A DNA stretch of 27,803 nt from Acidimicrobiales bacterium (GCA_043739605.1 JAYUDU010000308.1:1-27803), one strand, 5' to 3'; positions 1-8,462 are shown, numbered from the stretch's first letter. Numbers and translations are program-made. The notes: a model not told the origin generated them from the letters alone.

Positions 1-1
1 C

Positions 2-931
2 GCCGATGCTGTGGCCGCAGAACAGGGCGAGCTGCTTGAGGCAGGCGCAGACATGAGCGACTCCATCCGCGACACCGCTACTCGCACGCTCACCCACAAC
101 CTGCGCCGCCAGGGCGGCATCTTGTCCCGCGCCGCCAGCACCGTCGGCGGAGCGCTCACCGACCCGGTGAAGGTCGTCGGCGGCGTCGTCAGCCAGGTCC
201 GCTCCACCGTCGATACCGCATCTGGGGGCCGCACCATCGACGCCAACGCGCCGTTGTGGAAGCACCGCTCCCGCCGCCGTCATCTCGAGGTGTTGCGGGT
301 CTGTCTGCCAGACGCCAAGGCCGCAGCCAAAGCGATGGGCGGCTCCATCAACGATCTCTTCGTGTGCGGCGCGGCGATGGCGGCGTTCAGCTACCACGCA
401 GAGCGCAACGTCGCCGTGGAGGCCATCACCATGACGTTCGTGGTGAGCACTCGAACCGATAAGGCGATGGGCGGCAACTCGTTCACGCCGGTGCCGTTGC
501 AGGTGCCCTTTGGCGAGGTCCGCTCGGCGGAGGCGCGCTTCCACCAGCTGCGTGACCTCATGGCGGAGCGCCGCGACAGCCTCGGCACCGGCCGCAACGC
601 CATGAGCACCGTGGCCGGTCTCGCCAACCTGCTGCCGACGTCGGTCACCACCAGGGTCGCCCGCCAACAGGCCGCCAAGATCGACTTCGCCACGTCCAAC
701 CTGCGGGGCGCACCGTTTCCGACGTTCATGGCCGGTGGCGAGGTTCTCTCCGGCATTCCCATGGGCCCAGTGGCGGGGACAGCCGCCAACCTCACGACCA
801 TCAGTCAGAACGGCTGGCTCGACATGGGCCTTGTCATCGACCCCACCGCGGTCACCGACCCCGCCGGCCTGGCCCGCAACCTCGCAGACGCATACACGGC
901 GCTGCTCGCCGCGGGCGGCGTCGTCGGTTGA
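2..931 (+). CDS. Wax ester synthase/diacylglycerol acyltransferase (WS/DGAT) family protein, 5'-truncated by the window edge
   Basis: Frame is open from base 2. C-terminal WS/DGAT-type features: 'GGSINDLFV', 'GNSF..VPLQVP', 'FATSNLRGAPFP.FMAG', 'PMGP', 'G.LDMGL'. The catalytic HHxxxDG would lie upstream of the window. Confidence 0.8.
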   Translation, partial: ADAVAAEQGELLEAGADMSDSIRDTATRTLTHNLRRQGGILSRAASTVGGALTDPVKVVGGVVSQVRSTVDTASGGRTIDANAPLWKHRSRRRHLEVLRVCLPDAKAAAKAMGGSINDLFVCGAAMAAFSYHAERNVAVEAITMTFVVSTRTDKAMGGNSFTPVPLQVPFGEVRSAEARFHQLRDLMAERRDSLGTGRNAMSTVAGLANLLPTSVTTRVARQQAAKIDFATSNLRGAPFPTFMAGGEVLSGIPMGPVAGTAANLTTISQNGWLDMGLVIDPTAVTDPAGLARNLADAYTALLAAGGVVG

Positions 932-950
932 CGCCGCGGGCGGGGCTTCG

Positions 951-956
951 TACGTT
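951..956 (+). promoter_or_regulatory. Putative -10 hexamer (TACGTT) of a leaderless promoter
   Basis: TAnnnT lies 6 nt before GTG 963, with no Shine-Dalgarno sequence. Confidence 0.55.
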
Positions 957-962
957 GCCGAT

Positions 963-1532
963 GTGAGCGAACCCCTGATCCTCGACTCGTTGCGGCGCCG
1001 GATGCGGGCACTCCGCTCGCTGTATGACCAAGCCGTCGGCTCCATGGGACTCGAGCACGTGAACCACATCGAACGCGACGGTGTGCTGCCCATCGCCTTC
1101 TCGTTGTTCCACATCACCAACATGATCGACACGTCGATGATGTTGCTCAACGGCGAGGCGCCGCTGTGGAACGACGCGTGGCAAGCCCGCCTCCAGATGG
1201 GCATCGCCGATCACGGCAAGCATCGCACCGTCGAGGAGATGGACGACCAGCAGATCGGCGACTACGGCGCCTTCATCGAGTACATGACGGCGGTGTTCGA
1301 CCGGGTGGAGGCGTACCTGGCGACGCTTCGGGTGGAGGAGCTGACGCGCGTCATCTTCACGCACCCGTTCCCGCCGCAGATCGCCACCACCTACAGCGCC
1401 AGGGTTGCCGGCCCAGAGGGCATCACCGTGCTGGACGGCATCGAGTGCTGGATCTACCAGCACGGCCTTCGCCACATGGGCGAGATCGAACTGGCACGTG
1501 GTCTCGTCGGCCTCGGCGGCATGACCTCGTAG
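963..1532 (+). CDS. DinB-superfamily protein (189 aa)
   Basis: Start moved from track 735 to GTG 963 (MSEPLILDSL), after the upstream stop at 931. Helical pattern with a His in 'LFHITN' and C-terminal 'QHGLRHMGEI', the DinB-type His triad. Confidence 0.75.
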   Translation: MSEPLILDSLRRRMRALRSLYDQAVGSMGLEHVNHIERDGVLPIAFSLFHITNMIDTSMMLLNGEAPLWNDAWQARLQMGIADHGKHRTVEEMDDQQIGDYGAFIEYMTAVFDRVEAYLATLRVEELTRVIFTHPFPPQIATTYSARVAGPEGITVLDGIECWIYQHGLRHMGEIELARGLVGLGGMTS

Positions 1533-1550
1533 TCCGCTTCGGAGGCCTCG

Positions 1551-2627
1551 TTACAGCCGGCGCCGCCGCCTGCTGGCGAACGCGACGCCGAGTGCGACGA
1601 TGGCGCCGAATGCCGCGAGCGCCGCGGGTTGGCCGACCTCGGGAACGCCGGGTGCCGGCGGGGTGACCTCTGGCCCACCGTCGGGGTCGCGGATGTACAC
1701 GGGCGCGAGACCAGGGGCGGGCGATGGCGCGTACTCGCTCGTCGTGACGAGGCTGCCGCCGGCCCTGCTGTACGCGATGCCTTCGCCCTGGCCTTGGGGC
1801 GCCAACGTGAGACGGCGCACGGGCGCCGTCGGTGCCATCGCCGCGGCGACCGTCTGGCCCGGCGCGATCCTCCACTCGTAGGCATCGCTGTAGGTGCGGA
1901 CGACCACCCGGTCTCCGGCGGGACCGATGTCGCCTCCGGTGGCTGCGAGGCTGGCGCCCCCGATGGCTGTGGCGCCGGGCGGCTCTGTCGGTTGCTCGCC
2001 GGCCGAATAGAGCGATGAGAACGCCATCGTCGCGGCCTTGCGCAGCACCGATGGGCCAGTCGTTGACAATGGCATGTCTGCCGCGTACAGGGCGCTGTCG
2101 CCGGTGTAGCTCTTTGTGACGACGTAGAGACGGCCGTCGCGGGGATCGATGAGCAGGGTCTCGCAGTCGTGCGGGCCGTCCTCGTAGGTCAGGTCGAAGC
2201 GTTGCCATGAGAGGTCTGTGACGCCGGGCGTGAGCGACGTCGGCTCGTCGACTCGGTACACCTGGATGCCCGGCCGGTTGGCGTTGTTGTCGCCGTGGTC
2301 GCCCATCCACAGCGACATGACGCCGCGGGAATCAGGGCCCCGCGCGATGTCTTCCCAATCCGATGCACCGGCGCCTGGCAGTCGGTACTCCGCCGGGACG
2401 GTGCAGTCGCGTCGAAACGCGAAGAACCGGGCAATGTCGCCCGAGTCGTTGTGGGTCCAGAACCAGTCGTCGCTCGAAGAGCTCGCCACGACGCCGCTGG
2501 ACTCCGTGACGCGGGCATCGCTCATCGTGCACAGGAGTCGGCTGGGGGCGTACGCGCCCGCAGGCGAGATGACCATCGCCGTGGCGCCGACGGCTGCACT
2601 CGCGGCCAGGAGCAGTCGTCGCTTCAC
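1551..2627 (-). CDS. Secreted beta-propeller-like protein with a C-terminal membrane anchor/sorting tail
   Basis: Signal peptide MKRRLLLAASAAVGATA..AGA. Repeated blade-like motifs 'TESSG', 'HNDSGD', 'DWEDIA', 'DHGDN', 'HDCETL', 'QGEGI'. Pro-rich linker, then VPE, a hydrophobic helix and RRRRR. Enzymatic function unknown. Confidence 0.8.
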   Translation of the reverse strand: MKRRLLLAASAAVGATAMVISPAGAYAPSRLLCTMSDARVTESSGVVASSSSDDWFWTHNDSGDIARFFAFRRDCTVPAEYRLPGAGASDWEDIARGPDSRGVMSLWMGDHGDNNANRPGIQVYRVDEPTSLTPGVTDLSWQRFDLTYEDGPHDCETLLIDPRDGRLYVVTKSYTGDSALYAADMPLSTTGPSVLRKAATMAFSSLYSAGEQPTEPPGATAIGGASLAATGGDIGPAGDRVVVRTYSDAYEWRIAPGQTVAAAMAPTAPVRRLTLAPQGQGEGIAYSRAGGSLVTTSEYAPSPAPGLAPVYIRDPDGGPEVTPPAPGVPEVGQPAALAAFGAIVALGVAFASRRRRRL

Positions 2628-2760
2628 CCATCAGGGTTCGACCTCCCTGCGCCCAGTTCCTGCCATCGACTGCGGCGGCCCGCGTGCACCCCGCGTCGTC
2701 GGCGCTGCCGATACGGCTGCGGCACCACGGCCTCGAGGAGAAGCGGAGGACGAGGAGCGG

Positions 2761-4206
2761 TCAGGCGCCGAGCAGCGGCCGCTGGCCCTCGTTCCAGCCG
2801 AGAGCCGCCTCCAGCTGGGAAGCGACGCGGATCAGGACGTCCTCCGCGAAGTGGCGGGCCACCAGCTGCACGCCGACAGGGAGCCCGTCGTCGATGTGCA
2901 CGGGAAGCGATATCGCCGGTTGGCCGCTGATGTTGAACGGCACCGTGAAGCCGACGAGGTCGCCGGCGCGGGTGATGCCATGCAGCGGGTCGTCCGGTGT
3001 GGCGGCGAGGTCGCCGAGCAGCGGGGGCGGCTCTGAGATGGTCGGCGTGAGGAGCAGGTCGAAGCCGTTCCACCATGAGGTGATCGAGCGGCCCGCGGCG
3101 CGCACTCCCTCCAGCGCCCGCAGGTAGTCGCGAGCGGAGGTCGCCCGCCCCATCTCGGCGAGGATCCACGTGCCGGCCTCGAAGCCGGACGGGTCGAGCG
3201 GCTGACCGGTCCACTCGCTCAGCTCGTCGAGCTCGCGGGCCACCCAGCTGGTGAGGCACGTGATGAAGCCGAGCTGGGTCCGTTCGTCGTCCAACTGCCG
3301 GCACTCGTCAACGACGATCTCGTGCCCTGCGGCGGCAAGCGCGGCCGCGGCCCGGTCGACGGCGGCGACGCAGGCGGGGTGGCTCGGGCCGGCGCCGTTG
3401 GTGCGGGCGGTGCGCACCCCGATGCGGAGCCGGCCGGGGTCGGCGCCGACCTCATCGCGGTAGGGGCGAAGCGGCGGAGGGCCGCTGGAGACGTCGTCGC
3501 CCATCGGGCCTGCACCATGCACCGCGTCGAGCAAGCCGGCGACGTCACGCGTGCTGCGAAGCACCGCGAAACGTCGGACCAGCCCGGCCCATGGCTCCGC
3601 CTCGTCTGGCCCGGTCGAGATGCGGCCGCGCGTCGGCATGAGCCCGACGAGCCCGCACTCGGAGGCGGGGATGCGAATGCTGCCGCCGCCATCGCCCGCG
3701 TGGCCGACGGGGACCAGGCCTGCAGCCACCGCGGCCGCCGACCCACCGCTGGAGCCGCCGGTGGAGTGCGCAGGGTTCCACGGGTTTCGGGTCGGGCCCT
3801 TCGCCGCCGGCTCCGTGGTCGTGACGAGGCCAAGCTCCGGCGTGTTCGTCTTGCCCACGACGACGAGGCCCGCGGCCTCGAAGCGCTCGATCAGCCACGA
3901 CGACCTCGGCGCGATGAAGCCGTGATCCTCCAAGAACCTGGTGCCGGCGTGGAAGGGGGCGCCCTCAAGCCAGCCGTCGAGGTCCTTCACCACCATCGGC
4001 ACACCCGCGAACGGGGCGTTGGGATCGACGCTGGTCAGGGCCCGGGTCGCCCGGTCGGAGAGGTCGTGGATGACCGCGTTCAGGCTTGGGTTCACCGCAT
4101 CGATGCGGGCGAGCGCGGCCTCGACGAGCTGGTTCGGTCCGACCTGGCCGGTGCGGATGAGCTCGGCCTGGCCGGTGGCGTCGAGGGAGGCAATGTCGTC
4201 CGTCAT
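2761..4206 (-). CDS. Amidase-signature family amidase
   Basis: 'GVPMVVKD', 'GKTNTPE', 'GGSSGGSAAAVAAG', 'DGGGSIRIPAS' (Lys-cisSer-Ser triad motifs). Confidence 0.95.
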   Translation of the reverse strand: MTDDIASLDATGQAELIRTGQVGPNQLVEAALARIDAVNPSLNAVIHDLSDRATRALTSVDPNAPFAGVPMVVKDLDGWLEGAPFHAGTRFLEDHGFIAPRSSWLIERFEAAGLVVVGKTNTPELGLVTTTEPAAKGPTRNPWNPAHSTGGSSGGSAAAVAAGLVPVGHAGDGGGSIRIPASECGLVGLMPTRGRISTGPDEAEPWAGLVRRFAVLRSTRDVAGLLDAVHGAGPMGDDVSSGPPPLRPYRDEVGADPGRLRIGVRTARTNGAGPSHPACVAAVDRAAAALAAAGHEIVVDECRQLDDERTQLGFITCLTSWVARELDELSEWTGQPLDPSGFEAGTWILAEMGRATSARDYLRALEGVRAAGRSITSWWNGFDLLLTPTISEPPPLLGDLAATPDDPLHGITRAGDLVGFTVPFNISGQPAISLPVHIDDGLPVGVQLVARHFAEDVLIRVASQLEAALGWNEGQRPLLGA

Positions 4207-4212
4207 GCGCGC

Positions 4213-4218
4213 AACGTA
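4213..4218 (-). promoter_or_regulatory. Putative -10 hexamer (TACGTT) of the leaderless amidase promoter
   Basis: Minus strand reads TACGTT-gcgcgc-ATG (6-nt spacer), with no SD. Confidence 0.55.
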
Positions 4219-4219
4219 C

Positions 4220-4948
4220 CTACTTCTTGAGGCGGCGACTGCCTGCGTGCCAGTCCTCCTCTTTCACCGTCTCGCTTCCATCCTGCTCGACGCCCCACGC
4301 CTTCAATCGGGGCACCTCGCGGAGGCTGCGCTTCATCTCGGCGAACCCCGGGAACGTAGCGAGGCCGATGACGTGGTCCCACAGCTTGAGGGCGTCCTCG
4401 TCGTCTGGCACCCTGCTGATGACCGGCCCGAAGAAGGCGGTGCCCGTGGGCGGGGCAAACTGGAGGATCGGGGTGCCGACGTCCTTGCCGGTCAGCGCCA
4501 GAGCCTCGTTCGACTCGGCGAGGATGGCTTCGTCCCAGCCGGTGTCCTCGAGCGCGTCGATGACATCGAGCGGCAGCGCGGCGGCGCCAACCGCGGTGGC
4601 GAGGAGCTCCTTCGGATCTTCCAGCAGCCGCTTGGCGATGTTGCCGCTTCGGTGCTCCCAGATCTCGGCGCCCATGGCCTCATAGAGCGGCCCGACGGCG
4701 ACGGCCCCATGGTCGGCCCGCGCCTTGGCGCACACTCGCAGCAGCTTGAGGCCGGCGGTGTGGCCAGCCTCGTACTCCGGCGGGAAGTGGGAGTCGTAGT
4801 CGATGTGTGCGTTGATCTGTCGAAGCGAGATGAACCGCCATTCGACCACGTAGTCGCGCTGGCGGGCGACGCTTCGCACCCATTGACTGGTGAGCCACGC
4901 AAAGGGGCACACGGGGTCGAACCAGAACCGGAGGTCAGTGTCGCTCAC
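4220..4948 (-). CDS. Thioredoxin/DsbA-fold protein, Rv2466c (mycothiol-dependent nitroreductase)-like
   Basis: 'FWFDPVCPFAWLTSQW', 'VEWRFISL', 'VGTP', 'FFGPVIS', 'FAEMKRS' match the Rv2466c family pattern. Start moved to GTG 4948, 13 nt after the ECH stop. Confidence 0.85.
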   Translation of the reverse strand: MSDTDLRFWFDPVCPFAWLTSQWVRSVARQRDYVVEWRFISLRQINAHIDYDSHFPPEYEAGHTAGLKLLRVCAKARADHGAVAVGPLYEAMGAEIWEHRSGNIAKRLLEDPKELLATAVGAAALPLDVIDALEDTGWDEAILAESNEALALTGKDVGTPILQFAPPTGTAFFGPVISRVPDDEDALKLWDHVIGLATFPGFAEMKRSLREVPRLKAWGVEQDGSETVKEEDWHAGSRRLKK

Positions 4949-4961
4949 GTATGTGAGCGTG

Positions 4962-5780
4962 TCACTCCAGCGGCGACTGTGCTCGCCGCCCGACCCCGCC
5001 CATGTAGGCGCGCACCGCATCGCGCTGCTCTGGCTCGGTGAAGGCCCACTGCTGGTGGTCGGCATCGCCCCAACCGGCAGCCATCGCAGGGTTCGTGCGG
5101 CCGAGCGCCGAGGTCAGAGCACGTGTCATCGCGAGCGGTCCGGCGGGGATGGCGACCAGCTGCGCGACGCACGTCTCCAGCGCCTCGTCGAGCTGTGCGC
5201 GCGGTACCATGCGCTGGGCGAACCCGCTGCGCAACAGCTCGTCGGCGAGCACTGGTCGACACGTCATCACCCAGTCGCGGGCGAGCGGCAGGCCGACCTC
5301 GCGGACGAGGAGCGGGATGCCCGCCCACGTCAAGGGGATACCGATGGCCAGCTCTGGGATGCGAACGACGGTGTCGTCTGCGGCGACCCTGATGTCGCAC
5401 GCGGCGGCGAGGAGCGCCGCGCCACCGATGACGTGGCCGTGCAGGCCGGCGACCGTCGCCTGAGGGATGCGATCGAACTGTTCCAAGAGTCGCTGCCATG
5501 TTCCCGTCAGGTGGCGACGAGTGGCCCAGTCGCCTTCCACCGGAGGGTAGGCGGTGTTCTTGAGATCGGCGCCGGCGGAGAACGCTCGCCCGTTGCCGCT
5601 GAGGACCAGCACACGAACGTCGGGCCGATCCTCCAGCTCGTGCAGCAGCCCGGCGAGCCGACGCCGCACCGCGTCGTTCAATGCGTTCAGCTGGTCAGGT
5701 CGGTCGAGGGTCACCCGCACGACGGGTCCCTCGAAGGTGATGCTCGGTCCGTCCGCCGTCCTGTCGTCGAGATCTGCCAT
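4962..5780 (-). CDS. Enoyl-CoA hydratase/isomerase (crotonase) family protein
   Basis: 'VTLDRPDQLNAL', 'FSAGADL', 'GHVIGGA', 'DIRVA', 'IPELAIG'. ATG 5780 is preceded by a GGGGAGG SD. Confidence 0.93.
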   Translation of the reverse strand: MADLDDRTADGPSITFEGPVVRVTLDRPDQLNALNDAVRRRLAGLLHELEDRPDVRVLVLSGNGRAFSAGADLKNTAYPPVEGDWATRRHLTGTWQRLLEQFDRIPQATVAGLHGHVIGGAALLAAACDIRVAADDTVVRIPELAIGIPLTWAGIPLLVREVGLPLARDWVMTCRPVLADELLRSGFAQRMVPRAQLDEALETCVAQLVAIPAGPLAMTRALTSALGRTNPAMAAGWGDADHQQWAFTEPEQRDAVRAYMGGVGRRAQSPLE

Positions 5781-5892
5781 GGGCGCATCCTCCCCGAACG
5801 CGACGGTGGCGCGCTGTTCCCCATTGGCGCGCCCCTCTTGAGGGCGGCAGCCGGGTTCCCGAGATGCATTCGTCATCTGCGCGGCATGGTTT

Positions 5893-5937
5893 CCCAGCCC
5901 AGCCCAGCCCAGCCCAGCCCAGCCCAGCCCGGCCCGG
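5893..5937. repeat. Pentanucleotide microsatellite (CCCAG)7(CCCGG)2
   Basis: Read directly: seven perfect CCCAG units at 5893-5927, then two CCCGG units. Intergenic. Confidence 0.97.
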
Positions 5938-6012
5938 CTCGTCCACGCCACGGCGAGCGGGCTGCCGACTCGCCTGGCTCACCTGTTCGGTGGGCCAGGC
6001 GGGCGGCCTGCG

Positions 6013-6645
6013 TCAGCTGGCCGTGGTCGGCGTGACCGCCGGGGCGGCGGCGGGCGGCGGGCCGCCTTGGTGGTCGTCAGCGCTGTGGACCTTGTCGGCC
6101 TGCTCTGCGACCCTGGCGGCGACTGCAGCCTTCTTCGTTGTGGCCTCGGCGGCCGTCATCCGTCCGTCGGTGACCGCCTGGTCGATGTGCTTGTTCTCAG
6201 CAGCGGTCAACGCGTCGAGCAGTTGCTGGCGGGTCTTGCCGTGCGCCTCGGTGACCTGGGCGAGGGATTTGCCGGCCAGCTCGGTGTGGAGCACCTGGGG
6301 CTCGATCCCGAGCAGTGTGGCAGTCGTCTCGATCGGGCCATCGGGCCTGCCGTGACCCATGCCCGGACCGCCGCCACCGATCGGGCCGGCCGCCTTGAGC
6401 GCGGCCACCACCTTGTCCTTCTGCGCGGCGGTGAGCGTGCCATCGGTGACGAGCGGCGCCAGCGCATCTTCAAGGCGCTTGCCGGGGTCGGGGCGGTTCT
6501 GTGCACCGCTCGTGGAAGCCGTGCCGGAGGCGGGAGCGGCGGTCGTAGAGGTGCCTGCTGTGCCTTGAGCGAACGCGCCGGTGGCGGCGACCCCGCTGCC
6601 GAGTGCCCCGAGTCCGAGGGCGGCGGTGATGATGAGCTTGCGCAT
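6013..6645 (-). CDS. Secreted hypothetical protein with two internal 'VTDGx(L/M)TAA' repeats (210 aa)
   Basis: ATG 6645 with an AAGGAGG SD. Signal peptide MRKLIITAALGLGALG..AFA. Ser/Thr/Ala-rich linker and a helical repeat domain including 'GKSLAQV'. Confidence 0.8.
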   Translation of the reverse strand: MRKLIITAALGLGALGSGVAATGAFAQGTAGTSTTAAPASGTASTSGAQNRPDPGKRLEDALAPLVTDGTLTAAQKDKVVAALKAAGPIGGGGPGMGHGRPDGPIETTATLLGIEPQVLHTELAGKSLAQVTEAHGKTRQQLLDALTAAENKHIDQAVTDGRMTAAEATTKKAAVAARVAEQADKVHSADDHQGGPPPAAAPAVTPTTAS

Positions 6646-6878
6646 GTGTCTTCCTCCTTGGAAGGCCGGCGGAGCCGGGCGAGCCGATGCGAGGTGCACT
6701 GGTTCGGTGATGGGCACGATGCGCTTGGCGCACAAGGCGAAGGTGAAGGTCTCCTCCGCATCCTCGGGGACCTTCCTCCGAAGTTCCGCAGGAACGCGGC
6801 TGCCCTGCCAAGATGCGGCCCGCTCGAGGCGCACGCGACCGTCGCGGCGCCGTCGCCCTTCCCAGGAGGCCACTGCCA

Positions 6879-7358
6879 ATGCCCACCAACGCCGAGAACG
6901 CCTACGAGTCCATGCTCGCGACCAAGGGTCGCGACGAGGGCATCGGCGAGTGGTTCGACGTCACCCAGGAGCTCGTCAACTCCTTCGCCGACACCACCCA
7001 CGACCACCAGTTCATCCACGTCGACCCAGAGCGGGCCAAGGGCACGCCGTTCGGCGGCACCATCGCCCACGGATTCTTGACGCTCTCGATGATGACGCAC
7101 CTCATCGGTTCGCTGCCGCGTGACGAGAACCCGCCGAAGATGGAGGGCATCATGATGGGCGTCAACTACGGCTTCGACAAGGTGCGCTTCGTCAGCCCGG
7201 TGAAGGTCGGCTCGAAGATCCGCGCCGGCAGCGTCGTCGCCAACGTCGAGTTGAAGGGCAACGCAGTCCAGGTCACCCGCACCGTCACCATCTCCACCGA
7301 CAACGACACCAAGCCCGCCGTCGTCGCCGACTGGATCACGCGCCTCTTCTTCTCGTAA
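6879..7358 (+). CDS. MaoC-family (hotdog-fold) dehydratase
   Basis: 'FADTTHDHQFIHVDPERA', 'TIAHGFLTLS', 'VNYGFDKVRF..PV'. ATG 6879 is preceded by a CAGGAGG SD. Confidence 0.93.
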   Translation: MPTNAENAYESMLATKGRDEGIGEWFDVTQELVNSFADTTHDHQFIHVDPERAKGTPFGGTIAHGFLTLSMMTHLIGSLPRDENPPKMEGIMMGVNYGFDKVRFVSPVKVGSKIRAGSVVANVELKGNAVQVTRTVTISTDNDTKPAVVADWITRLFFS

Positions 7359-7424
7359 CTGCACGCCTCGCTGGCCGGCGTCCCTCTCGGGGTCCGCCGG
7401 CCCGCCCGGTGGTCGCGGTCGGCC

Positions 7425-7592
7425 TCAGCCCGGCGCCGCCACCGGCGAGCCTTTGGTGCCGGCATCCGAGGTCAGCTGCTGGGTGGCCCGCCCCCAGGAG
7501 CCGCGGGTGACCGCGATCGCGGCCACCACCAGCGCCAACGTCCACGCAAGGGCTGCGAAAGCCAGGGTTCCATGGCCCCGGATCCACCCCAT
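7425..7592 (-). CDS. Possible small single-pass membrane protein (55 aa)
   Basis: Fills the MaoC-SDR gap and encodes one clear hydrophobic helix (TLAFAALAWTLALVVAAIAV). No SD or -10 seen. Confidence 0.35.
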   Translation of the reverse strand: MGWIRGHGTLAFAALAWTLALVVAAIAVTRGSWGRATQQLTSDAGTKGSPVAAPG

Positions 7593-7658
7593 GGAGCGCA
7601 AGGGCACCCACTTGTCGGGGGTCTCAGCGCGACGTGAGGCCTCCTATGGTGATCCGCC

Positions 7659-8462
7659 ATGACGCTTCCCCCGGCTTCGGCCACCACCACTGCCGTCGTC
7701 ACCGGCTCATCGTCGGGGATCGGGACCGATCTGGCCCGCGTGCTCGCTGGTCGGGGCTACGGGGTCACGCTCGTGGCGCGCCGCGTTGACCGGCTGGAGG
7801 CGCTCGCCGAGGAGCTTCGTCGTTCCCACGGGGTGCGGGTCGAGGTCGTTGCTGGCGACCTCGCCGACCCGAGTGCCAGGGCCGCGCTGGTCGAGGCCGT
7901 CGCGGCGCGCGGGCTGACCGTCGACATCCTCTGCAACAACGCGGGCCTCGGCGTCGGCGGCGATGTGGCCGACAGCTCCTCGGACCGCCTGGTCGGCATG
8001 GTCCGCACCAACGTCGAGGCCGTCGTCGACCTCACGGCGCGGTGGTTGCCTGGCATGGTTGAGCGGCGCCGAGGTGCCATCCTCAACGTCGCCTCGACCG
8101 CGGCATTCCAGCCGCTGCCGGGGACGACGACCTACGCCGCCACCAAGGCCTTCGTGCTGTCGTTCAGCGAGGGCCTCGCCGCCGAGGTGAAGGCCAGCGG
8201 AGTGACCGTCACGGCGCTGTGCCCCGGCCCGGTCAAGACCGAGTTCGGCGAGGCGGCCGGCCACGGCGACCTCTCAGACAAGGTGCCGGCTCGGCTGTGG
8301 ACGACCAGCGAACAGGTCGCAAAGGCCGCCATCGACGGCATGGCGAAGGGCAAACGGGTCGTCATCCCGGGTGGCTTCAATGCTGTCGGCGCCGGGCTTG
8401 CGAAGATTGCTCCGCACGCGGTGCTGCTGCCCCTGGTGCGCAGGGCCAACCCACTCAGCTAG
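7659..8462 (+). CDS. Classical short-chain dehydrogenase/reductase
   Basis: 'VTGSSSGIG', 'NNAG', 'NVAS', 'YAATK'. TATGGT lies 8 nt upstream of the ATG. Confidence 0.95.
   Translation: MTLPPASATTTAVVTGSSSGIGTDLARVLAGRGYGVTLVARRVDRLEALAEELRRSHGVRVEVVAGDLADPSARAALVEAVAARGLTVDILCNNAGLGVGGDVADSSSDRLVGMVRTNVEAVVDLTARWLPGMVERRRGAILNVASTAAFQPLPGTTTYAATKAFVLSFSEGLAAEVKASGVTVTALCPGPVKTEFGEAAGHGDLSDKVPARLWTTSEQVAKAAIDGMAKGKRVVIPGGFNAVGAGLAKIAPHAVLLPLVRRANPLS

Noticed and set aside
5893-5951. 'AGLGWAGLGW' / 'AQPSPAQPSP' peptide repeats in track ORFs
   Set aside because: These are just translations of the intergenic microsatellite. The ECH has a good SD and start at 5780.
8459-8462. Convergent stop codons overlapping in CTAG (SDR and acyl-CoA dehydrogenase)
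   Set aside because: A common compact-genome arrangement with no further signal.
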